Origin: Hydrogenothermaceae bacterium
Lineage (GTDB): Bacteria > Aquificota > Aquificia > Aquificales > Hydrogenothermaceae
DNA length: 64,000 nucleotides
Assembly (NCBI GenBank): GCA_026418535.1
Contig: JAOABC010000005.1
Span: forward strand, 74,620-138,619
Direction of reading: 5' to 3'
The notes under the pieces were generated by a model that had not been told where the DNA came from, searched no databases, and worked only from the letters and a program-made list of their open reading frames with translations. Below, one piece after another: positions 1-10,690 of the stretch. Positions within the stretch are counted from its first letter, which is position 1. Each line of letters starts with the position of its first letter. The position numbers and the translations under genes are program-made.

Positions 1-9
1 CACTCTGTT

Positions 10-1791
10 GTGGTAAATAGGGAGTTTAACAGTATAGAAAACTTCTCCTCATCTGTGTTGAATGTGTTATCAAAAAGATTAAAGAGGATACCTGAAACCG
101 AGATTAAGAGTTTTACAATGACCAATTATAATAGTCTTTCTGAAATTCTGGAGACTTTAAACCTAAGAAACGTAGAGTATACTTTTTTACTCATGAAAGT
201 GGATGATAAATTCATGGTGTGGATAGATGCATCTAGGAAAGATAGACTTTTACCTTTTACTCCTATACAGTTGCTTCCAGAGGAAGAAAATGTGGTAAAC
301 GAGATTCTAAAGACGAAGAAACCACAGATTCTGATCCACAGGAATATAGAGACTATGGGGATCACACTCTATAAACCTTTTTTTAAAGCTAACCAAATAT
401 TAGCCATCCTTGTTATAGACTTTTCTATACAGAAACTTCAGGAAATAAAGCACATACTATCTGTTATAAAGAAGTCTATCTTAGCTTTGATAGGGATATC
501 TATACTTAGTCTAAACATTATTTTTATCTCAGCAGTAGTGGCTGTATACCATCATAGGAAAAGTATAGTAGACAATCTAACTAAAGTTTACAATAGGAAC
601 TTTCTTGAAGACCTTAAGAAGTTTTTAGAGCTTCAGAACTACATAGTATTACTGATAGATGTTGACTTTTTTAAGAAGATAAACGACACTTACGGACACG
701 ATGTAGGGGACAAGGTTTTGAAAGAAGTTGTAAATCTTATGAAGAACAACATACGGAAAGATGATATACTGATAAGATACGGGGGTGAAGAGTTCCTCCT
801 CTTTATGAAGAAAGGGAGAGAGCAAGAAAGCTATATACTCAATTCTGTAGAGAGGCTCCGAAGTATCATCGAAAACTACAAAATATACATATCTGACTCT
901 GACTATATAAAAACTACAGTATCAATAGGTGTAAACCTGTCTACCGATAAGATGAAAGATATAGATGAAGCCATAAAAAAAGCAGATGTAGCTCTTTATA
1001 AGGCAAAGCATAAGGGAAGAAATAGGATAGAGATATACGATGAGGTCACATCCTCTAAGCAGACGGCCATGAAAGTTTCGGAAATAAAACAAGCTCTAGA
1101 AGATGGCAGGCTAGTCTGTATATACCAACCTATAGTGGACATAGACTCAGGAGAGATATCTCACTTTGAGGCCTTAGTTAGAATCGTAGCAGAGGACGGT
1201 TCTCTTATAACACCTTACCAATTTATAAATGTTATTGAGAACACCTTCCTTTACTCCAAGCTTACTAAGGAGATAATAGAGTATAACATATCTGTCCTAA
1301 ACAGGTATAAAGATATCTCCCTCAGTATAAACTTAAAACCGGCGGACATACTGAACCAGTCTACTGTAGAATACCTCCTGAGTATCATAACTCCAGACTT
1401 AAGAGGTAGGTTAATGATCGAAATAGTAGAAACGGAGGATATACTTACTTATGACATGATCTTAAAGGTGGTTGAAAGGTTTAGAAATGCTGGTTATGAG
1501 ATCTGTATAGACGATTTTGGCTCCGGATACTCAAACTTCGTATATCTGCTAAAACTGAGAGTGGACTACCTGAAGTTAGACGCTAACCTCATCAGGAATA
1601 TACACAAAGATAATGTATCTAGAGCAGTTGTAAAGATGATAAACGAGTTCTGTAAAAATATGGGAATAAAAGTGATAGCTGAGTTTGTGGAGAACGAGAA
1701 TATTCTAAATGTCCTAAAGAATATAGGTATAAAGTACGGACAAGGATACTACTTCTCAAAGCCTGAACCAATAGAAAATTTTCTCAAATAA
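10..1791 (+). CDS. Membrane-anchored GGDEF-EAL c-di-GMP signalling protein (diguanylate cyclase/phosphodiesterase)
   Basis: The frame is open to the window edge, with no stop upstream of 10; the first ATG is at 118. TM helix ILALIGISILSLNIIFISAVVAVY. GGDEF domain with I-site RKDD five residues before GGEEF. EAL motifs FEALVR, DDFGSGYS, EFVENE, QGYYFSKP. Confidence 0.9.
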   Translation: MVNREFNSIENFSSSVLNVLSKRLKRIPETEIKSFTMTNYNSLSEILETLNLRNVEYTFLLMKVDDKFMVWIDASRKDRLLPFTPIQLLPEEENVVNEILKTKKPQILIHRNIETMGITLYKPFFKANQILAILVIDFSIQKLQEIKHILSVIKKSILALIGISILSLNIIFISAVVAVYHHRKSIVDNLTKVYNRNFLEDLKKFLELQNYIVLLIDVDFFKKINDTYGHDVGDKVLKEVVNLMKNNIRKDDILIRYGGEEFLLFMKKGREQESYILNSVERLRSIIENYKIYISDSDYIKTTVSIGVNLSTDKMKDIDEAIKKADVALYKAKHKGRNRIEIYDEVTSSKQTAMKVSEIKQALEDGRLVCIYQPIVDIDSGEISHFEALVRIVAEDGSLITPYQFINVIENTFLYSKLTKEIIEYNISVLNRYKDISLSINLKPADILNQSTVEYLLSIITPDLRGRLMIEIVETEDILTYDMILKVVERFRNAGYEICIDDFGSGYSNFVYLLKLRVDYLKLDANLIRNIHKDNVSRAVVKMINEFCKNMGIKVIAEFVENENILNVLKNIGIKYGQGYYFSKPEPIENFLK

Positions 1792-1884
1792 AACGCCTTT
1801 TTATTCGACAAATTTCAACATTCTCCCCAAAAATATATTAAAATATTTGTTTACTTCGAAAGAATAACTATAAGAGGTAGAAAG

Positions 1885-4800
1885 TTGTTAGAAAAAGATG
1901 CTTGCGGCGTTGGATTCATAGCAAATATAAAAGGAGAAAGAACAAATGCAATTTTAAACCAAGCATTGGAATCTCTCTCTAACTTAGACCATAGGGGAGC
2001 AGTGAGTGCTGACGGTAAGACAGGAGATGGAGCAGGAATACTTACCCAGGTACCTTACAAGTTCTTCGTGAAAGAACTAAAGAGACTGGGCTATACAGTG
2101 CCTTCCCAGGAAGATTTAGGAGTGGGTGTTTTCTTCCTACCCAGAGGGAAAGAGGAAGAGTTAAAAGCAGAGATAGGAGACATTATAAACCAGAAGTTTA
2201 AGCTAATAGGATGGAGAGAGGTCCCTATAAAAGAGGACGAGATAGGAGAGATAGCAAAGAGAACTCAGCCAACCATACTCCAAGCGTTCATATCAAAAGA
2301 GGGGGTAAAAACAGATAACTTTGAAAGAGACCTTTTCATCCTCAGAAAAAAGATAGAGAAGCTAGCTGATATTCCAGATTATAGGAAACTGTACATACCA
2401 TCTCTCTCTTCAAAGAACATAGTCTACAAAGGGCTTATAACCGCTCCAAAGTTAAAAGACTTCTATTATGACCTACAGGATAATGATTACGAAACAGTCT
2501 ATGCCATATTCCATCAGAGATACTCAACCAACACATTCCCAAACTGGAGACTTGCTCATCCTTTCAGAGTCTTAGCTCATAACGGTGAAATAAACACCAT
2601 TTCTGCAAACAGAAACTGGCTCAGAGCCAAAGAACAAGACATAAGAGAAGTTTGGGGAGACCTTGCAGACTACATACTACCCATAACGAAGGACAGTGAT
2701 AGCGATTCTGCATCCCTAGACAATGCTGTTGAGTTTTTGATTCACTCCGGAAAAGATATCCTAACAGCCATAAATATCCTGATTCCAAGATCTTGGGAAA
2801 ACGATGAAAGACTTACACCGGAAGAGAGAGCATTCTACGAGTACTTTGCCTGCATATTCGAAAGCTGGGATGGCCCAGCTGCTATAGCATTCACAGATGG
2901 AAGATTTATAGGGGGTAAGCTGGATAGGAACGGTTTAAGGCCTGCAAGGTACATCATCACAGATGATACCATCTTAATGGCTTCAGAGGTTGGTGTAGTT
3001 GAGTTTGAAGAGGATAGAATAAAACTGAAAGGTAGACTTGGCCCTGGGGACAAGATAGCTTTAGACATACAGACAGGAAAGATGTACTTCTCAGAGGAAA
3101 TAATAGACCTCATATCCGAAGATAAGAACTACAAAGAGTGGGTAGAGTCTAAAATAGTGCCTTTCTACTCTACCAAAGAATATCCGGAAGTAGAATACAG
3201 AGACTGTCTTAAAGAGCTCATAATCTTCGGATACGACAAAGATGAGATAAACATGGTAGTAAAAGAGATGGCTCTAAAAGGAGTAGAACCTACCTACTCC
3301 ATGGGGAATGATACGCCTATTTCAGTTCTATCAAGAAGACCCAAGATGCTGTCATCTTACTTTAAACAGAGATTTGCTCAGGTCACAAACCCACCTATAG
3401 ACCCTATAAGGGAAAAGAAGGTTATGTCTCTGAAGACTTACGTCGGAAAGAAAGAAAACTTCTTACTGGAGACACCTCAGCACGCTTCACAGATACTGTT
3501 TGATTCCCCCATCATCTTTGATAACGAGATGCAGGAGATCATAGACCTATATCCAGATAGAGTCCAGATTATCCCTACAGTCTTCCCACCTTATGAGACA
3601 GCTTTAGAACCTACATTAGATGAGATATGTCAAAGAGTGGAGGAAGCGGTAGATGGTGGAAAAGACATTATCATCCTATCAGACAAGAACGTATCTGTAG
3701 AGGGAGCACCCATTCCGATGGGCTTAGCTGTTGGAGCTGTAAACAGCTACATGTCAAAAAAGGGTAAGAGAAGTAAGTTCAGTATAATAGCCGACTCAGG
3801 GGAAGTAAGGGATACACACAGTATAGCTTTTCTTATCGGCTACGGAGCAACCCTTGTGAACCCTTATATGGCAATCCAGATAATCAAAAATCTTACAGTT
3901 GAAGACAGAAAACTTGAGATAACTTTTGAGGATGCTGTTAAGGACTACAAGAAGGCTGTAAATGAAGGGCTACTGAAAATAATGTCAAAGATGGGTATAG
4001 CTACGATAAAGAGTTATAGAGGCTCCGCTCTCTTCGAAGCCCTGGGTATATCCCAAGAAGTAATAGACAAGTACTTCCCGGGAACGATATCAAAACTCGG
4101 AGGAATAGGGGTAAAACAGATAGCTCAGGAGACTCTTTTTAGGTTTAATCAAGCTTTCTCCGGAGAGCTGAAAGATCTTCCTGTTGGCGGGGAGTACAGG
4201 CACAGGCGAGAAGGTGGAGAGTTCCACTCCTGGAACCCAAAAGCTCTCACATCCCTCCACAGAGCCGTAAGACAGCTAAAGTTAGAGGAGTACAAAGCTT
4301 TCACAGAGCTTGCTTACCTGGAAAAACCTGTTGAAGTTAGAGATCTTCTTGAGATAGTATCAGACAGACCACCTACACCTATACAAGAAGTGGAACCTAT
4401 TGAGAAGATCATGGAGAGGTTCGTTGGGGCCGGGATGTCCGTAGGAGCTCTAAGTAGAGAAGCTCATGAGACTATAGCAGAAGCTTTAAACAGGATAGGT
4501 GGGAAGTCTAACAGCGGAGAGGGTGGAGAAGACCCGGCAAGGTATAGAACTATAAAGAACAGTAAGATAAAACAGGTGGCTTCCGGAAGGTTTGGGGTCA
4601 CTCCCGAATACTTACTATCAGCAGAAGAGATAGAGATAAAGATAGCCCAAGGGGCTAAACCTGGAGAAGGCGGACAGTTGCCAGGTAAAAAAGTAGATGT
4701 TTATATAGCCTTCTTAAGACATGCAAAACCAGGTATAACTCTTATATCTCCTCCTCCTCACCACGATATCTATTCAATAGAAGACCTGGCCCAACTCATA

Positions 4801-6285
4801 TACGACCTTAAGATGATAAATCCAAATGCAAAGATAATTGTTAAACTTGTCTCTGAGAGTGGTATAGGGGTTGTGGCCTCTGGAGTTGCAAAAGCCTTTG
4901 CGGACATAATCCACATCTCCGGACACGATGGAGGAACAGGAGCATCTCCTCTATCTTCTATAAAGAATGCAGGAACAGTCTGGGAGCTTGGACTTACTGA
5001 AGTTCAGCAAGCTCTGATAGAGAACGACCTTAGAAGTAGGGTAAAACTGAGGGTTGATGGTGGTATAAAAACAGGTAGAGATATTGTGATAGGAGCTCTC
5101 CTTGGAGCTGAGGAGTTTGGGTTCGGAACTGCCCTTATGATTGCAGAGGGGTGTGTTATGGCCCGTCAGTGTCACCTAAACACCTGTCCTGTTGGTATAA
5201 CTACTCAAGATAAGAAGTTAAGAGAGAAGTTTCCCGGAACTCCTGAACATATCATAAATTATCTAAAGTTTGTGGCGGAAGAGGTGAGACAGTATCTCGC
5301 AGATATGGGATACAGGTCTTTAGGCGAGATAGTTGGAAGGGTTGAGTTGTTAAGACCAGTTATACCTCAGGACCACTTCAAGGCAAAGTTCGTCTCTTTA
5401 GAACATATACTAAAGGAAACACCTCAAGGTAAGCCAAGAAAGGCTATCCAAGAAGCTAACCCTATACCACCATCAAAACAGCCTTATGACTTAGAGATAC
5501 TTCCAGATATACTACCAGCCATCGAAAGTGATTCTGTATATTCTGGCTTCTACAGAATAAGGAACATATACAGAAGCTTTGGAACGAGGATAGCTTACGA
5601 AATAGTTAAGAGGTATGGAAATAAAGGTCTGAGAAATGGGAAGATAGAACTGAACTTAGTTGGAACGGCGGGACAGAGCTTTGGAGCCTTCTGTGTACAT
5701 GGTCTTAACCTATTCCTCTCCGGACAGGCGAACGACTACGTAGGAAAAGGTATGGCTGGAGGTATAATAGTTATAAAACCACCTCATAACTTCAAAGGAA
5801 AGAGTCACGAGAACGTTATAGCAGGGAACACAATCCTGTACGGAGCTACTGGTGGGCAAGTTTACATATCTGGAATAGTTGGTGAGAGATTTGGAGTAAG
5901 AAACAGTGGAGCTGTAGCTGTAGTGGAAGGAGTTGGAGACCATGGTTGTGAATACATGACCCAGGGGACTGTAGTTATTCTAGGAAAGGTTGGAGTAAAC
6001 TTCGGCGCAGGAATGACAGGTGGTATCGCTTACATCTACACTCCAGGCCAGGATATAGACAAGTTTATAAACAAGTCTTACGTTAAGATAGAGCTTTTGG
6101 AAGACGAAGACAGGGAAGAGATAAGAAGTCTTATCTCAAAACACAAGGCTTACACAGATAGTGAGAGGGCTAAAGAGATTTTAAGCAATTTCAAGCAAGA
6201 AGTAGAAAAGTTTGTGAAGGTTGTCCCAATAGAGGTTAAAAAACCTGCTGATGACACAGATGAAGCTCAGCTTAGGAAGAGGTAA
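1885..6285 (+). CDS. gltB: Glutamate synthase large chain (GOGAT), possibly ferredoxin-dependent
   Basis: 1466 aa. N-terminal Ntn-amidotransferase Cys (MLEKDACGVGF). FMN/Fe-S core (ISPPPHHDIYSIEDL, CHLNTCPVG). C-terminal GXGXG-type domain. TTG start preceded by GAGGT. Confidence 0.92.
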   Translation: MLEKDACGVGFIANIKGERTNAILNQALESLSNLDHRGAVSADGKTGDGAGILTQVPYKFFVKELKRLGYTVPSQEDLGVGVFFLPRGKEEELKAEIGDIINQKFKLIGWREVPIKEDEIGEIAKRTQPTILQAFISKEGVKTDNFERDLFILRKKIEKLADIPDYRKLYIPSLSSKNIVYKGLITAPKLKDFYYDLQDNDYETVYAIFHQRYSTNTFPNWRLAHPFRVLAHNGEINTISANRNWLRAKEQDIREVWGDLADYILPITKDSDSDSASLDNAVEFLIHSGKDILTAINILIPRSWENDERLTPEERAFYEYFACIFESWDGPAAIAFTDGRFIGGKLDRNGLRPARYIITDDTILMASEVGVVEFEEDRIKLKGRLGPGDKIALDIQTGKMYFSEEIIDLISEDKNYKEWVESKIVPFYSTKEYPEVEYRDCLKELIIFGYDKDEINMVVKEMALKGVEPTYSMGNDTPISVLSRRPKMLSSYFKQRFAQVTNPPIDPIREKKVMSLKTYVGKKENFLLETPQHASQILFDSPIIFDNEMQEIIDLYPDRVQIIPTVFPPYETALEPTLDEICQRVEEAVDGGKDIIILSDKNVSVEGAPIPMGLAVGAVNSYMSKKGKRSKFSIIADSGEVRDTHSIAFLIGYGATLVNPYMAIQIIKNLTVEDRKLEITFEDAVKDYKKAVNEGLLKIMSKMGIATIKSYRGSALFEALGISQEVIDKYFPGTISKLGGIGVKQIAQETLFRFNQAFSGELKDLPVGGEYRHRREGGEFHSWNPKALTSLHRAVRQLKLEEYKAFTELAYLEKPVEVRDLLEIVSDRPPTPIQEVEPIEKIMERFVGAGMSVGALSREAHETIAEALNRIGGKSNSGEGGEDPARYRTIKNSKIKQVASGRFGVTPEYLLSAEEIEIKIAQGAKPGEGGQLPGKKVDVYIAFLRHAKPGITLISPPPHHDIYSIEDLAQLIYDLKMINPNAKIIVKLVSESGIGVVASGVAKAFADIIHISGHDGGTGASPLSSIKNAGTVWELGLTEVQQALIENDLRSRVKLRVDGGIKTGRDIVIGALLGAEEFGFGTALMIAEGCVMARQCHLNTCPVGITTQDKKLREKFPGTPEHIINYLKFVAEEVRQYLADMGYRSLGEIVGRVELLRPVIPQDHFKAKFVSLEHILKETPQGKPRKAIQEANPIPPSKQPYDLEILPDILPAIESDSVYSGFYRIRNIYRSFGTRIAYEIVKRYGNKGLRNGKIELNLVGTAGQSFGAFCVHGLNLFLSGQANDYVGKGMAGGIIVIKPPHNFKGKSHENVIAGNTILYGATGGQVYISGIVGERFGVRNSGAVAVVEGVGDHGCEYMTQGTVVILGKVGVNFGAGMTGGIAYIYTPGQDIDKFINKSYVKIELLEDEDREEIRSLISKHKAYTDSERAKEILSNFKQEVEKFVKVVPIEVKKPADDTDEAQLRKR

Positions 6286-6286
6286 T

Positions 6287-6817
6287 ATGAAAGTATTTCA
6301 CAGTTTACTGGTTTTTATCACACTTCTGCTTAACATCGGATGTATAGCAGAAAAAAGAGAAAGTATACCTAAAGACCTGAAAGAGGTTGCAGTGGTGAGA
6401 GTGGTAGACGGAGACACGATAGTGGTCTCTATGGACTCTGTGGAAGAAAAGGTAAGACTGATAGGTATAGACACTCCAGAAAGTAGGCTTAACAGAAGAG
6501 CCCAACTTCAAGAGAGAGAACTAAACAGAGATGTTGAGAGTATAGTAGACCTTGGAAAAAAAGCCAAGGAATTTACTAGCTCTCTTCTCAGGAAAGGAGA
6601 TAGAGTATATCTAGAGTTTGATGTCCAACAGAGAGATAAGTACGGAAGATTACTTGCGTACGTATACCTTCCGGATGGGAGGATGGTAAACAGAGAGATC
6701 ATATGTAATGGCTATGCTATACCTCTTACAATACCCCCGAATGTGAAACACGAGAAAGAATTTACAGAGTGCTTCCAGAGAGCAAGAAGAGAGAAAAAAG
6801 GTTTGTGGAATGAGTAA
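6287..6817 (+). CDS. Secreted thermonuclease (SNase-like), possible lipoprotein
   Basis: ATG at 6287 lies 1 nt after the gltB stop. Signal peptide ends in NIGC. SNase motifs VVRVVDGDTIVV, VRLIGIDTPE, YGRLLAYVYL. Confidence 0.8.
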   Translation: MKVFHSLLVFITLLLNIGCIAEKRESIPKDLKEVAVVRVVDGDTIVVSMDSVEEKVRLIGIDTPESRLNRRAQLQERELNRDVESIVDLGKKAKEFTSSLLRKGDRVYLEFDVQQRDKYGRLLAYVYLPDGRMVNREIICNGYAIPLTIPPNVKHEKEFTECFQRARREKKGLWNE

Positions 6818-7502
6818 AAAACAGATAAAACACATATTAGAGACAATCATTTTCATATTTATAGTGGTTTCCTTGGTTAGAGTCTTCCTTGTCCAGGCTT
6901 TTAACATCCCCTCGGGGTCTATGAAACCTACTCTTCTAGTTGGAGACTTTATCCTGGTAAACAAATTAGTGTACGGGAACTGGGACATAGGTATACCATT
7001 CACAGATATAACTTTCTATCACAAAAACAACAGACTTGCCAAGGTAGACAGAGGAGACATTATCGTCTTTAAATATCCAGAAGACCCAAGTATAGACTTC
7101 ATAAAGAGAGTTGTAGCTCTTCCGGGAGACATAGTAGAAGTAAAAGACGATATAGTCTACATAAACGGCAAACCTTTGGACAGAAAACCCATAGGATACT
7201 ACGAGGAACAGAACGAAAAGGTAAAGAAGTACATTGAGACCACATACAGGAGAGATGATAAAGCCTACTCTTATACCGTTATGGAAGTTGAAGATGGCAT
7301 AGGTGCGGATTTCGGACCTGTAGAGGTCCCTCCGAACAGCTACTTCGTGTTGGGAGACAACAGAGATAACTCCAAAGACAGCAGGTTTTGGGGTTTTGTA
7401 CCGGATGACTATGTGATAGGTCAGGCTTTTATTATATACTTTTCTATCGACTTGAAGAAGCCCTCCATAAGGGTATCAAGACTTGGTAAATTGATCCAGT
7501 AG
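6810..7502 (+). CDS. lepB: Signal peptidase I
   Basis: Catalytic boxes PSGSMKPTLLVGD, IKRVVALPGD, GDNRDNSKDSRFWGFV. N-terminal TM helix. 8-nt overlap with the upstream stop. Confidence 0.92.
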   Translation: MSKKQIKHILETIIFIFIVVSLVRVFLVQAFNIPSGSMKPTLLVGDFILVNKLVYGNWDIGIPFTDITFYHKNNRLAKVDRGDIIVFKYPEDPSIDFIKRVVALPGDIVEVKDDIVYINGKPLDRKPIGYYEEQNEKVKKYIETTYRRDDKAYSYTVMEVEDGIGADFGPVEVPPNSYFVLGDNRDNSKDSRFWGFVPDDYVIGQAFIIYFSIDLKKPSIRVSRLGKLIQ

Positions 7503-7561
7503 TTTGAATTTCTCTCGGACATCCCATAAATTTAAACCTAAAGAACAGTAAGAGGAGTGCC

Positions 7562-8833
7562 ATGGTAATAGTCAAGAACGGATATATGATAGACCCTCTG
7601 AACAACTTAGAGGGAAAGTTTGACATCCTGATAGAAAACGGGGTTATAACGAAGATAGAGGAAAGTATACAACCTTTCCCAAGATGTGAGATTATAGACG
7701 CTACAGAAAAAATTGTATCTCCTTCCTTTGTAGACATACATGTTCACTTTAGAGACCCTGGACAGACATACAAAGAAGACATATACACTGGAAGCTTAGC
7801 CGCAGTAGCTGGAGGGTACACAACAGTTGTCTGTATGCCAAACACAACACCTACCCTGGACGAAGCTTCCCTGATACGGTATGTGATAGAGAAAGGGGAG
7901 AAGGTCGGTCTGTGTAGGGTCCTCCCCTCGGCAGCCATAACCAAAGGTAGGAAAGGTAGAGAGTTGACAGAGATGGCTCTGCTGAAAGAGGCTGGAGCGG
8001 TTTATTTCACAGACGATGGATTACCTGTGATGGACTCCTTCATCATGAGAAAAGCTATGGAGTATGCAGGCTCTATAGGCTCTTTTGTAGCAGACCACTG
8101 TGAAGACTTGAGCCTATCCAATAACGGTGTTGCCCACGAAGGAGAGATAGCGGCAGTATTAGGGCTACCGCCTCTACCGCCAGAATCTGAGGATACAATG
8201 GTAGCAAGGGACTGTATACTGTCTATACAGACAGGTATGCCTGTCCATATCTGCCACATATCATCAAAGCTCTCTGTAGAAATAGTTGCATGGGCAAAAG
8301 CTATGGGGGCAAAGGTTACAGCAGAAGTAACCCCACACCATCTATACCTTACAGATGATGAGCTTACAGAGTTCTCCTGTAATGCAAAAGTTTCTCCACC
8401 TTTAAGGAATTATGAAGATATAGAGGCCACAAGATGGGCTCTATCCTCAGGAATAATAGACTGTGTAGCAACAGACCACGCACCCCACGCACACCATGAG
8501 AAGATGATGGATATACATCTGTGTCCTCCTGGTATGGTAGGTCTACAGTTTGCACTACCCATACTCCTCGAGCTTGTAAAGAAAGATTATCTTGATCTTA
8601 AAAAGATGGTAGAGGTTATGTCAACTAACCCATCAAAACTGATAGGGATTAAACCTCCTCAGATAAAGGTAGGAGAAAAGGCGGAGTTTACCATATTCGA
8701 CCCATTCGAGAGCTGGGAGGTGAACGAAGAGACGATCCTCTCTAAAAGTAAGAACACACCTCTACTTGGAAGGAAGCTTATAGGGAAGGTTAAATACACA
8801 TTCTACAACGGAAAAGTAGTTTATAGAGATTAA
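7562..8833 (+). CDS. pyrC: Dihydroorotase
   Basis: Amidohydrolase metal ligands VDIHVHFRDPG and ATDHAPH. 423 aa. AGGAG SD. Confidence 0.9.
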   Translation: MVIVKNGYMIDPLNNLEGKFDILIENGVITKIEESIQPFPRCEIIDATEKIVSPSFVDIHVHFRDPGQTYKEDIYTGSLAAVAGGYTTVVCMPNTTPTLDEASLIRYVIEKGEKVGLCRVLPSAAITKGRKGRELTEMALLKEAGAVYFTDDGLPVMDSFIMRKAMEYAGSIGSFVADHCEDLSLSNNGVAHEGEIAAVLGLPPLPPESEDTMVARDCILSIQTGMPVHICHISSKLSVEIVAWAKAMGAKVTAEVTPHHLYLTDDELTEFSCNAKVSPPLRNYEDIEATRWALSSGIIDCVATDHAPHAHHEKMMDIHLCPPGMVGLQFALPILLELVKKDYLDLKKMVEVMSTNPSKLIGIKPPQIKVGEKAEFTIFDPFESWEVNEETILSKSKNTPLLGRKLIGKVKYTFYNGKVVYRD

Positions 8834-8854
8834 AAAAACCAAAAAGGAGATAAG

Positions 8855-10690
8855 ATGGAAGTAGTAAAAAGAGAGCAACAAGAAAGAAAAGTGTCTTACA
8901 GAGAAGATATCCGTAACATAGCGATAATAGCCCACGTTGACCATGGGAAAACTACACTGGTTGATGGGATGTTAAAACAGGCTGGTGTATTTAGGGATAA
9001 CCAAGAGGTTGTTGAAAGGGTTATGGACAACATAGACCTGGAAAGAGAGCGGGGAATAACCATAATGGCAAAGAACACTGCAGTTAGGTATAAGAACTTC
9101 AAGATAAACATCGTGGATACACCAGGACACGCAGATTTTGGAGGAGAAGTTGAGAGGACCCTGAAGATGGTAGACGGAGTCATACTCCTTGTGGACGCAT
9201 CAGAAGGGCCCCTACCTCAGACCAGATTTGTCCTTAAAAAGGCTTTAGAAGCAAACTTAACACCAATAGTTGTGATAAACAAGATAGATAGACCTGACGC
9301 GCGGATACAGGAGGTGATAAACGAGGTATATGACCTGTTCATAGACCTTGACGCTACGGAGGAACAGCTTGAGTTTCCTATCCTCTACACTATAGCGAAA
9401 GATGGGATAGCTAAAGAATCCCTAGAGGACGTATCTACAGACCTACAGCCCCTATTTGAGAAAATAATAGAGTACATTCCGGCACCAACCTACGATGAAG
9501 AGATGCCTTTCCAGTTCTTGATAACATCCTTAGACTACGACAACTTTGTAGGTAGACTAGCCATAGGTAGAATATTCAACGGCTCAGTCAGACAGAACCA
9601 ACAGGTAAGCGTAATAAAGAAAGACGGAACGGTAGTTAAAGGAATCGTAAGGGTTCTGTACACGTACGAAGGATTGAAGAGAGTAGATATAAAGGAAGCA
9701 AGAGCTGGGGATATAGTAGCTATAGCTGGTATAGAGGATATAACTATTGGAGACACTATATCAGACCCAGACAACCCTGTAGCACTACCACCTATAACAG
9801 TAGAAGAGCCAACTATCTCTGTTATATTCTCCGTAAACGACTCACCCTTTGCAGGTAGAAGTGGTAAATACCTTACCTCCAGGCATCTTAGAGATAGACT
9901 CTACAAAGAAACCCTAACGAACGTTGCCCTTAAGGTTCAAGATACTGAAAACCCGGACTCCTTCTTGGTGATGGGGAGGGGTGAACTTCAGATAGCTATA
10001 CTAGCAGAGATGATGAGGAGAGAAGGATATGAGTTTGGGGTTTCTAAACCGGAAGTAATAGTGAAGGAGATGAATGGGAAGAAGTACGAACCTGTTGAGA
10101 GAGTGTTGGTGGATGTTCCGGAGGAGTCCGTTGGAGCTGTAACCCAGAAACTTGGTAGTAGAAGGGGAAGGATGGTGAATATGGTAAACCATGGATATGG
10201 TAGAGTTAGACTTGAGTTTATAGTCCCCTCAAGAGGTCTGATAGGATACAGGTCCGAATTTAAGACAGACACAAGAGGTGAAGGAATTCTAAATACCATA
10301 TTTGAAGGTTGGGAAGAGTGGCAGGGAGAGATAAGGACAAGACTTAACGGGGCACTGATAGCGGATAGGAAGGGGGTGGCTACTCCTTACGCTATATTCG
10401 GCCTCCAGGACAGAGGAATATTCTTCATAGACCCAGGAACTGAAGTTTATGAAGGGATGGTAGTTGGAGAACACTCTAGGGAAAACGACCTTGATGTGAA
10501 CGTAACCAGGGAAAAGAAGCTGACTAACATCAGAGCTGCAGGTAGCGATGAAAACATAAAGATAGTTCCAGCTAAGAAGATGGACTTCGAGAGAGCTTTA
10601 GAGTGGATAAAGGATGATGAGCTTGTTGAGGTAACTCCAGATAGTATCAGGATAAGGAAGAAGGTCTTAGAGAAGTCTAAGAGAAATTAG
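8855..10690 (+). CDS. typA: Translational GTPase TypA/BipA
   Basis: G-domain [22 protein letters not shown]. 611 aa with EF-G-like domain order. AAGGAG SD. Confidence 0.93.
   Translation: MEVVKREQQERKVSYREDIRNIAIIAHVDHGKTTLVDGMLKQAGVFRDNQEVVERVMDNIDLERERGITIMAKNTAVRYKNFKINIVDTPGHADFGGEVERTLKMVDGVILLVDASEGPLPQTRFVLKKALEANLTPIVVINKIDRPDARIQEVINEVYDLFIDLDATEEQLEFPILYTIAKDGIAKESLEDVSTDLQPLFEKIIEYIPAPTYDEEMPFQFLITSLDYDNFVGRLAIGRIFNGSVRQNQQVSVIKKDGTVVKGIVRVLYTYEGLKRVDIKEARAGDIVAIAGIEDITIGDTISDPDNPVALPPITVEEPTISVIFSVNDSPFAGRSGKYLTSRHLRDRLYKETLTNVALKVQDTENPDSFLVMGRGELQIAILAEMMRREGYEFGVSKPEVIVKEMNGKKYEPVERVLVDVPEESVGAVTQKLGSRRGRMVNMVNHGYGRVRLEFIVPSRGLIGYRSEFKTDTRGEGILNTIFEGWEEWQGEIRTRLNGALIADRKGVATPYAIFGLQDRGIFFIDPGTEVYEGMVVGEHSRENDLDVNVTREKKLTNIRAAGSDENIKIVPAKKMDFERALEWIKDDELVEVTPDSIRIRKKVLEKSKRN

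Noticed and set aside
6251-6286. Upstream ATG (6251) offered by the ORF track for the nuclease gene.
   Set aside because: It lies inside the gltB 3' end. The ATG at 6287 directly precedes a signal peptide, so the shorter form is preferred.
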